Source of the DNA: Haloferacaceae archaeon
Lineage (GTDB): Archaea; Halobacteriota; Halobacteria; Halobacteriales; Haloferacaceae
Assembly: GCA_042217455.1 (NCBI GenBank)
Contig: JBDGSQ010000137.1
Coordinates: 1 to 31,147, forward strand
Direction of reading: 5' to 3'
DNA length: 31,147 nt
Shown: positions 24,508 through 31,147 of the stretch, piece after piece
Position numbering within the stretch: the first letter of the stretch is position 1
Layout of the letters: each line of letters opens with the position of its first letter
Notes under the pieces: generated by a model
Databases searched by the model: none
Told to the model about the DNA's origin: nothing
Seen by the model: the letters and a program-made list of their open reading frames with translations, nothing else
Made by a program: the position numbers and the translations under genes

Positions 24508-25243
24508 TTCGGTCACCGCCGGCTACGACGACCCGGTCGTCTCCGACGTCTCGCTCGGCGTCGACCGGGGCGAGTGCGTCGCGCTGCTGGGTCCGAACGG
24601 GGTCGGCAAGTCGACGCTCCTCCGGACGGTCCTCGGACTGCAGTCGCCGCTGGCCGGAACCGTCGCCGTCGGCGGCGACGACGTGACGACGCTCTCGCGG
24701 CAGGCCGTCGCGAACCGCCTCGGCTACGTCCCGCAGTCCGAACCGTCCGGCCTCCCCTCGACGGTGTTCGAGACGGTGCTGACCGGTCGGAAGCCCCACA
24801 CCTCGTGGCGACCGACCGCGAGCGACCGGGAGATCGTCGGCGACGTCCTCGGGCGACTCGGCGTCGCGGACCTGGCGATGCGGCCGCTGTCTGCGCTCTC
24901 CGGCGGCCAGCGCCAGCAGGTCCGACTCGCGCGCGCGCTCGCACAGGACCCCTCCGGCCTCGTCCTCGACGAACCGACGAGCAGCCTCGACCTCCGCCAC
25001 CAGCTCGACGTCCTCGGGCACGTCCGGTCGCTGTGCGCAGACGGGATGGCCGTCCTCTTCGCGCTCCACGACCTCGAACTGGCGACCCGATTCGCTGACG
25101 AACTCGTCTTCCTCGCCGACGGGGGCGTCGTCGCCTCCGGCGGTCCGGACGTCGTCACGTCCGACCTCGTCGCAGCGGTGTACGGCATCGACGCCCGCGT
25201 CGTCGACGTCGACGGCCACCGGGTCGTCCTGCCCGAACCCTAG
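24494..25243 (+). CDS. ABC transporter ATP-binding protein, FecE/BtuD family
   Basis: Walker A GPNGVGKSTLL, Q-loop GYVPQ, signature LSGGQRQQ, Walker B LVLDEPTSSLD and H-loop LHDL. GTG start preceded by GGAGGGAG. Confidence 0.93.
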   Translation: MIRLDSVTAGYDDPVVSDVSLGVDRGECVALLGPNGVGKSTLLRTVLGLQSPLAGTVAVGGDDVTTLSRQAVANRLGYVPQSEPSGLPSTVFETVLTGRKPHTSWRPTASDREIVGDVLGRLGVADLAMRPLSALSGGQRQQVRLARALAQDPSGLVLDEPTSSLDLRHQLDVLGHVRSLCADGMAVLFALHDLELATRFADELVFLADGGVVASGGPDVVTSDLVAAVYGIDARVVDVDGHRVVLPEP

Positions 25244-25296
25244 CCGCCGGCGGCGGCGGACGCTCCCGCCGCGAACGTCGCCGCACCCGCGCTCGT

Positions 25297-25815
25297 TCAC
25301 CGACCGTTCGCGTCGCCGCACCCCTCTCTGACTGCGAGGACGGGAACCGACGCCCGGCGGAGGACGCGCTCGGTGGTGCTCCCGAGGAGGTACCGCTGGA
25401 CTCCCCGCCGGCCGCGGGTCCCCATCACGACGAGGTCGACGTCGTTGTCGGCCGCGTAGGACAGAATCTCCTCGTCGGGGATGCCCCGTCGAATCTCGGC
25501 GACGACGTCTGCGCCGCGGGCGGCCGCCGCCTCCCGGACGTCCTCGATCGCGTGCTCGCCGACGCCCTCGAACCGCTCGAACAGGCGGTTCACGTCCGCG
25601 TCGAAGCTCACGTCGTCGAGTCCCGTGTCCGTGGCCAGTTCCGCGATGGTGCTGTCGTCGACGACGTAGAGGACGTGGATGGTCCCGCCGGACAGTTCCG
25701 CGAGCGCGAGCGCCTCTTCGAGGGCTTCGAGGGCGAGGTCGCTCCCGTCGGTCGGGACCAGGATGTTCGCGTAGGGGCTGTGCGCCGTCGTTCCGTCGGT
25801 GTGTGTGTCTCGCAT
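25297..25815 (-). CDS. Universal stress protein (UspA family)
   Basis: Motifs ILVPTDGS, IHVLYVVD, GIPDEEIL, DLVVMGTRGRRG and LLGSTTERVLRRASVPVLAV. Confidence 0.93.
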   Translation of the reverse strand: MRDTHTDGTTAHSPYANILVPTDGSDLALEALEEALALAELSGGTIHVLYVVDDSTIAELATDTGLDDVSFDADVNRLFERFEGVGEHAIEDVREAAAARGADVVAEIRRGIPDEEILSYAADNDVDLVVMGTRGRRGVQRYLLGSTTERVLRRASVPVLAVREGCGDANGR

Positions 25816-25833
25816 TCGTCTGTCGTCTGCAGG

Positions 25834-27267
25834 TCAGTCGTCCGAGGCGGTCGCGTCCACGTCGTCGGTGTCGATACCGGGGCCGGGGGTCCCGCGCACG
25901 TCGGCCTCGCGCCACGTTCCGCGGCGGAACCAGAGCCACGCGATGACCGCGCCGGCGACGTTCGAGACGAAGAAGGCCGTCCAGATGCCGCGCACGCCGA
26001 TGAGATACTGCGAGGCGACGTAGGCGATGGGCAGGCGGATGCCCGCCAGCGTGAGAATCGAGATGGCGGCCGCGACGAGGGTCTTCCCGGCCCCGCGGAA
26101 GCCTCCGGTGAACGCTCGCATGACGCCGATGAAGCCGAACGAGAGCGAGACGTACCGCAGGAACTGCGTCCCGGTCGCCAGCACTGACGGGTCGTCGGTG
26201 AACACCGAGACGATGGGCGTCGGCACGAGGAAGATGAGGAGGCCCGCCAGCGCGAGGACGACGAACAGCCCCTTGGCGGCGACGTAGTTCGCCCGCTCGG
26301 CACGGTCGTACCTGTCGGCCCCGATGTTCTGGCCGCTCATCGTCTCGACGCCGCGGGCGACGGCGATCGCGGGCAGGAAGATGACCGAGAAGACGCGCGT
26401 GCCGATACCGAAGGCCGCGACGACGTTCGTCGGAAACATCCCCACGATGAGCAACAGGAGGTTGATAGAGAGCGCGCGCCCGGTCCCCTCGACGCTCGCG
26501 GGGATGCCGATGTGGAGTATCTTCCGGAGGTAGCCGAAGTCGGGGCGCATGTCCGAGAGGTGTATCTGGATGCCGCGGGTCCCGGACTCCATGATGAGTA
26601 GGCCGACCAGCATCGCGATGCTCCGGGAGAACACCGTGGCGATGGCCGCCCCCTGGATGCCGAGTTCCGGGAACGAGACCGGCCCGACCGCCCAGCCGTT
26701 GATGAGAAACGGGTCGAGGACGATGTTGAGCACGACCGTCCCGAACATCACGAGCATGGGCGTGATGGTGTCGCCGGCCCCGCGCATCAGCGAGATGAAC
26801 ACGAAGAAGCCGAACATGAACGGCAGTCCGAGGGCGACGACCTGCATGTAGGCCGTCGCGCCGGGCAACACGGCCGGCGACGCCCCGAGGAAGTCGAGGA
26901 ACGGCCTGACGAACGGGTAGCCGACCGCTCCGAGAATCACCGACCCGGCGAGCGCGAACGTGACCGTCTGCGAGGCGGCGTACTCGGCCCGCTCTGTCTC
27001 CCCTGCGCCGGTGTGCTGGGCGACGAGGACGCTCCCCGCGACCGAGAGACCCATCCCGAGCGAGATGAGCAGGAACACCATCGGGAACCCGAAGGAGATG
27101 GCCGCCAGCGCCTCCGTGGAGTACTGGCCGAGCCAGAAGGTGTCAGCGAGGTTGTAGGCCGTCTGCATCAGGTTCGTGACGACGATGGGCAACGAGAGGT
27201 AAAACAGCGGCCGCACGATGCCGCCCTCGGTCAGGTCGAGTTCCTCCTGCCCCTTGAAGATGCTCAC
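25834..27267 (-). CDS. MATE-family efflux transporter
   Basis: Motifs LTEGGIVRPLFYLSLP, YNLADTFWLGQ, LMRGAGDTITP, NIVLDPFLI, LGIQGAAIATV, GQNIGA and FRGAGKT. GTG start placed at 27267. Confidence 0.93.
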   Translation of the reverse strand: MSIFKGQEELDLTEGGIVRPLFYLSLPIVVTNLMQTAYNLADTFWLGQYSTEALAAISFGFPMVFLLISLGMGLSVAGSVLVAQHTGAGETERAEYAASQTVTFALAGSVILGAVGYPFVRPFLDFLGASPAVLPGATAYMQVVALGLPFMFGFFVFISLMRGAGDTITPMLVMFGTVVLNIVLDPFLINGWAVGPVSFPELGIQGAAIATVFSRSIAMLVGLLIMESGTRGIQIHLSDMRPDFGYLRKILHIGIPASVEGTGRALSINLLLLIVGMFPTNVVAAFGIGTRVFSVIFLPAIAVARGVETMSGQNIGADRYDRAERANYVAAKGLFVVLALAGLLIFLVPTPIVSVFTDDPSVLATGTQFLRYVSLSFGFIGVMRAFTGGFRGAGKTLVAAAISILTLAGIRLPIAYVASQYLIGVRGIWTAFFVSNVAGAVIAWLWFRRGTWREADVRGTPGPGIDTDDVDATASDD

Positions 27268-27316
27268 GCGACGACCCCCCACGCGACGCTCCCCCGGGGT
27301 GACGAACGCCGGTGGC

Positions 27317-27907
27317 TCACGCGGCCACCCCCGACGTCCACCCGACAGTCGTCGCGAGGTAGTGTTCGATTATCCGCCGGGTCTCGGTGGGGTTCTCGCC
27401 GAGTGCGACCTTGCGCGCGTGACTGCCGTTGATGACCGTCACGACGAACCGGGCGACCTCCCCGGGGTCTTCCTCGGCGAACGTCCCCGCCTCGACGCCG
27501 TCGCGGACGGCGGACGCGACGACGTCGTGCATCCGCTCGTCGAGTTCGAGAAAGCGCTGGCGGTAGGTCTCGTGGTAGGGCGCCTGCGCCTTCAGCTCCA
27601 TGAGCGCGACGGCGAAGTCGTCGTCGCCGTCGCTCTCGTCGACGGGCGCGAACACCGCCTCGAGGAACGCGGCGAGTCGCTCGTGGGGGTCGCTCGCGTC
27701 GCACGCCAGTCGCTCCTCGAACCGGGCCAGCAGGTCGTCGAGGAAGGCGTTCAGCAGGTCCTCCTTCGTGTCGAAGTGGTAGTGGAGCGCCGCCTTCGTC
27801 ATCGTCGACTCGTCTGCGATTCGCTGCATCGTCAGGTCCGCGTAGCCGTGTTCACAGAGGGCCCGGTGGGTCGCCTCCATGATTCCGGCCGACGTGTCCG
27901 CATCCAT
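27317..27907 (-). CDS. TetR/AcrR-family transcriptional regulator
   Basis: N-terminal HTH IMEATHRALCEHGYADLTMQRIADES...KAALHYHFDTKEDLL. Sits directly upstream of the MATE gene. Confidence 0.93.
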   Translation of the reverse strand: MDADTSAGIMEATHRALCEHGYADLTMQRIADESTMTKAALHYHFDTKEDLLNAFLDDLLARFEERLACDASDPHERLAAFLEAVFAPVDESDGDDDFAVALMELKAQAPYHETYRQRFLELDERMHDVVASAVRDGVEAGTFAEEDPGEVARFVVTVINGSHARKVALGENPTETRRIIEHYLATTVGWTSGVAA

Positions 27908-27922
27908 CTTCTGCCCGAACTT

Positions 27923-27963
27923 ACTGTCCGGTCAGCAAAAAGGGTTCTGACTGACTGGTCAGT
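27923..27963. promoter_or_regulatory. Two candidate TetR operators (ACTGAC-NN-GTCAGT) flanking the tetR TATA box
   Basis: ACTGACTGGTCAGT at 27950-27963 has perfect 6-bp arms; ACTGTCCGGTCAGC at 27923-27936 has 2 mismatches. A TTTTTG element (minus strand, 27941-27936) lies between them, about 30 bp upstream of ATG 27907. Confidence 0.7.
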
Positions 27964-28174
27964 TAAAAGCGTCGCGGACGCGGTAGAAACTGCGTGGACC
28001 CACGCGGGCGGTGTCGCTCCCGCTGCCGAGTCGGAACACGGCCGTCCCACTACCGAACGTCGCCAGACCGACTCACGGACGGGACGCCGTCTGCTTCGCC
28101 GGCCGACTGCCCTCGAGACCCGTCACGGCGACAGTGTAGCCCGCGGGAGCACATTTGCTATCGCTCGATGCGGT

Positions 28175-29089
28175 TTATGCGTCGGCGTAGTCTCCGACCG
28201 TCTCGAAGCGGTCCGCAGCGATCGCAGCCGCGAGACCGTCGAAATCGACTGAATCGGGCATCGTTCGGGGGTACTTCCGCCGGAAGTGGCTGACGAGGTT
28301 CCGGACGTCCCGGGCGAGCAGCTCGCGCGCGTTGTCGTGGTCCGTCTGGACGGCCTGCGGCCAGTCGAAGACGGTGACGCCCGACTCGCTGACGAAGACG
28401 TTGTACTCACTCATGTCCGCGTGGACGTAGCCGGCGTCGTACGCCGCCGCTACCTCGTCGAGAACCAGGTCGAGGACGCCGGTGACCTGCGACTCCTCCA
28501 GTTTCGCCTTCGCGAGTTCGACCCCCTCCAGTTTCTCCATCACGATGGCGTGCCGGTTGTGGTCGACCGGACGCGGGACCGAGACGTCCGGGTAGAGCGT
28601 ATCGAGCGCGTCGTACTCGCGTTCGGCGGCCTTCCGGGCGGTGTAGAGCCACGAGACGTGCTGCCTGTCGGCGGTGTACTCCCGCTCTCGCTTCACTTCC
28701 CGGAAGTTCGTGTACCCCTCCCGGTGGAACTTCAGCGCGAGGGGCTTGTACGACTGAACCTCGAAGACGTCGCTCTCCTTTCCGACCCCGAGGGGCGCGC
28801 CGACGCCCTCGACAGTGTCCCGCTCGGCGAAGGTGTGGAGTGCGAGCGCGTCGTACCCCTCCGCCTCGAGCTGGTAGCCCTCGTACTGGATGGTCTTTCG
28901 CTTCACGAGGTCGCGTGACATACAGCGGTCGAGCCGGTATTCGACGTTCTCCGGGGTCAACCCGCTGTACTCCGGGAGCTTCCCGCGGTTGACCCACCTG
29001 CTGAAGCGCATCCCCTGCTCGACGCCCGAGAGGAGATAGAAGTCCTCGGGTTCGAGTTCGGCGATGACGCTTGCGACGTTCCGAACCAT
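28175..29089 (-). CDS. rio2: RIO-family Ser/Thr kinase, Rio2 type (N-terminal winged helix)
   Basis: N-terminal winged-helix region (FYLLSGVEQGMRFSRWV...YEGYQL...GYDALAL), GVGKESDVF, ALKFHREG, AAEREYDAL, VHADMSEYNV and FDWPQ. Start at ATG 29089 with TTTTAC about 25 bp upstream. Confidence 0.9.
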   Translation of the reverse strand: MVRNVASVIAELEPEDFYLLSGVEQGMRFSRWVNRGKLPEYSGLTPENVEYRLDRCMSRDLVKRKTIQYEGYQLEAEGYDALALHTFAERDTVEGVGAPLGVGKESDVFEVQSYKPLALKFHREGYTNFREVKREREYTADRQHVSWLYTARKAAEREYDALDTLYPDVSVPRPVDHNRHAIVMEKLEGVELAKAKLEESQVTGVLDLVLDEVAAAYDAGYVHADMSEYNVFVSESGVTVFDWPQAVQTDHDNARELLARDVRNLVSHFRRKYPRTMPDSVDFDGLAAAIAADRFETVGDYADA

Positions 29090-29151
29090 GCCCGCTCTAG
29101 ACGGCCGACCGGTAAAAGGACCGTGAGTCGGCCGGTATGAATCACATACCG

Positions 29152-29565
29152 CTATACGGAATCGACTTCGCCCGCGAAGAGACGTCGGAGCGCCTCGACG
29201 ACCGGCACGACCGGCTGGTCCGGCGCGATACCGACGAAGACGCCCACGTCGTGCGTGCATGCACAGACGACCTCCGCGGATTCGACCCACGTCGTCGTGT
29301 ACCGTACCTCGGCGCTCGTCCGGTCCACGTCATGGATCGGCTGGCCGAGCGCGGTGTCGAGAAATCGGAAGTACGCGTGCAGGCGAGCGCAGAACGCCGC
29401 GGGACTCGAAGTCGGGTGGTCCCCGGAGAGCGTCTCGGCTCTCTCCCCCCGGCGGCGGACGACGAAGCGAGGCGACGTGTCGGCGGCGTCACCGACCGCC
29501 GCGAGGACTGCCCGGTCGTCGAACACCGCCTCGCTCACATCCGCTGTGACCGGTTCTGCGCCCAC
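29152..29565 (-). CDS. Hypothetical protein (137 aa)
   Basis: The only frame in this gap with normal, non-Arg-rich, acidic composition. GTG start preceded by GGGGGA. No family recognised. Confidence 0.55.
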   Translation of the reverse strand: MGAEPVTADVSEAVFDDRAVLAAVGDAADTSPRFVVRRRGERAETLSGDHPTSSPAAFCARLHAYFRFLDTALGQPIHDVDRTSAEVRYTTTWVESAEVVCACTHDVGVFVGIAPDQPVVPVVEALRRLFAGEVDSV

Positions 29566-29786
29566 GTGTTCCCCCGTTCGGGCTCTCCGGGCCGGCAGTC
29601 ATGCGGACGCCGCCCGGCGTGGAGCCCCGAAGACCGGTTAGAAACGAAACATTATAAGCCGACCGTACGCTCTCACGGGTGATAATTGAATGACACTATC
29701 GGCGTGCGGGGGACGCCCGATGACCCCGGTCGCTGCCGGGTCGCGGCAGTCGCAACCGACTTTGCCCCCACCGCCGTACCCGGTGC

Positions 29787-30602
29787 ATGGACGAGACGGT
29801 CGAGGTGGCCGACCGCGAGTGGCGGCTCGTGCGCGAGGAGGCCCGCACGGGGCCGCTGAACATGGCGCTCGACGAGATCGCAGCCGAGACAGCCGCCGAC
29901 GGCGGCCCCCGGACGGTCAGAGTGTACCGGTGGGAGCCGAGCACCCTCTCGCTCGGATACCGGCAGGACCCGGACACGGTCGACTGGGACCACTGCGCCG
30001 AGACCGGCGTCACGGTCACGCGCCGACAGACAGGCGGCGGCGGCATCTACCACGACGCGTACGGCGACATCTCCTACTCTATCGTCGCGCCGACCGCAGA
30101 GCTACCGGGGGCGCTGATGGACGCGTACGAGTTGCTCTGCGAACCGGTGCTCGACGCCTTCGAGCGCATGGGCGTCCCCGCCCACTTCGCAGACGAGGAG
30201 CGACCCGAGGTGTACCGGCCGGCCTGTTACCTCCGGGAGCTACACCCCGCTCACGACGTCGTCGCCGGCGGCAGGAAGGTGAGCGGCAACGCCCAGTACC
30301 GCCGCAAGGACGCGGTCATCCAGCACGGGTCGCTCACCTACGCGGTCCGGCCGGAGGCCCACCTCGCGGTGTTCGCCGACCCGGGCGTGTCCCCCGACGA
30401 GTTCAGCGAGCGCGTCACCGGTATCGAGGACCACGCGGACGTGAGCCGCGGGGAGGCGGTCGAGACGCTGGAGTCGGCGCTCGCAGACTGGGCGGACGCA
30501 GACGAGGGTGAGTGGACCGACGACGAACTCGCCCGCGCCCGCGAGCGCGCCGCATCGAAGTACGCGACCGACGAGTGGACGCGCCGTCGGGCGAACGAGT
30601 GA
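29787..30602 (+). CDS. Lipoate-protein ligase A family (biotin/lipoate A/B ligase)
   Basis: Motifs [50 protein letters not shown] and IQHGSL. Confidence 0.92.
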   Translation: MDETVEVADREWRLVREEARTGPLNMALDEIAAETAADGGPRTVRVYRWEPSTLSLGYRQDPDTVDWDHCAETGVTVTRRQTGGGGIYHDAYGDISYSIVAPTAELPGALMDAYELLCEPVLDAFERMGVPAHFADEERPEVYRPACYLRELHPAHDVVAGGRKVSGNAQYRRKDAVIQHGSLTYAVRPEAHLAVFADPGVSPDEFSERVTGIEDHADVSRGEAVETLESALADWADADEGEWTDDELARARERAASKYATDEWTRRRANE

Positions 30603-30693
30603 GGGCGCGGCGGGCAACGCGCGTTTCGTCGCGGCCTCTCGTTCGCCTGCCGACTCCGAAGTCCTCTTGACGGTTCGAACCGTCCGGACGGGC

Positions 30694-31147
30694 ATGCGAG
30701 TCGGAGCACACGTCTCGATTGCGGGCGGCGTCGACAACGCCGTGGAGCGACAGCTAGACGTCGGCGGGAACTGCGGACAGATATTCACCCACTCCCCGCA
30801 GGTGTGGCAGGACCCGAACATCGGCGACGAGGAGGCCGAGCGGTTCCGCGAGGAGACCGCGGAACTGCTCGACGGGCCGTGGGTCATCCACTCGTCGTAC
30901 CTCGTCAACCTCTGTACCCCGAAAGACGACCTCCGCGAGAAGTCGATCGACAGCATGCAAAAGGAGGTCGACGCCGCGGCGAAACTTGGCGTCGAGTACG
31001 TCAACGTCCACCTCGGCGCGCACACCGGCGCGGGGGTCGAGACGGGCCTCGACAACGCCGCCTCGGCGCTCGGCGAACTCGACGTTCCCGACGGCGTGAC
31101 GGTCCTCGTCGAGAGCGACGCCGGGAGCGGGACGAAACTCGGCGGCG
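30694..31147 (+). CDS. nfo: Endonuclease IV (deoxyribonuclease IV, AP endonuclease family 2), 5' part; runs off the window
   Basis: Translated by hand because it is absent from the ORF track: [12 protein letters not shown]...[11 protein letters not shown]...[12 protein letters not shown]...VNVHLGAH...[11 protein letters not shown], which are EndoIV Zn-ligand motifs. Confidence 0.93.
   Translation, partial: MRVGAHVSIAGGVDNAVERQLDVGGNCGQIFTHSPQVWQDPNIGDEEAERFREETAELLDGPWVIHSSYLVNLCTPKDDLREKSIDSMQKEVDAAAKLGVEYVNVHLGAHTGAGVETGLDNAASALGELDVPDGVTVLVESDAGSGTKLGG

Noticed and set aside
177-31055. Dozens of long overlapping/antisense ORFs in the track (e.g. 177-1691, 1803-3917, 6628-8361, 10445-12400, 14913-16493, 18717-20360, 24389-25939, 30240-31055)
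   Set aside because: They are Arg/Pro/Gly-rich or mirror-image shadow frames expected at about 70% GC. Each overlaps a recognisable family gene in another frame.
1-31147. tRNA/rRNA genes, transposases, integrases, prophage or defence genes, or a foreign low-GC island
   Set aside because: None recognised. Intergenic gaps are short, and GC content and acidic protein composition look uniform across the window.

Overview
GC-rich chromosomal window with acidic proteins, typical of a halophilic archaeon (class Halobacteria). Supporting signs are the Tat lipoproteins, halocyanin, Bat-type HTH regulator, Rio2 kinase and leaderless-type promoters. About 27 protein-coding genes are supportable. In order: a K+/cation homeostasis cluster (CPA2 antiporter, KhtT-like RCK_C protein, two paralogous membrane proteins with RCK_C domains, a conserved hypothetical, a CNNM/CorC protein); kdgK; mutL; a PQQ-type sugar dehydrogenase lipoprotein; a rhomboid protease; a RimK ligase fused to a retropepsin-like domain; mutS; an OFA-type MFS transporter; halocyanin; a second MFS transporter; an HTH-10 regulator; a truncated TiaS-like protein divergent from a BtuF/FecB-type ABC importer operon; UspA; MATE; TetR; Rio2; a hypothetical; an LplA-family ligase; and the 5' part of endonuclease IV. 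No rRNA, tRNA, CRISPR array, transposase or integrase was recognised. The best candidate for an undescribed system is a stand-alone TiaS kinase-domain paralogue that shares a 54-bp bidirectional promoter with a metal-chelate/cofactor ABC importer. The second recurring signal is short (21-53 bp) local tandem duplications at gene ends and gene junctions. Two of them appear to create short 'bridge' ORFs that keep the GTGA stop/start overlap at both ends. All family calls come from motif recognition by eye, and no database search was run.
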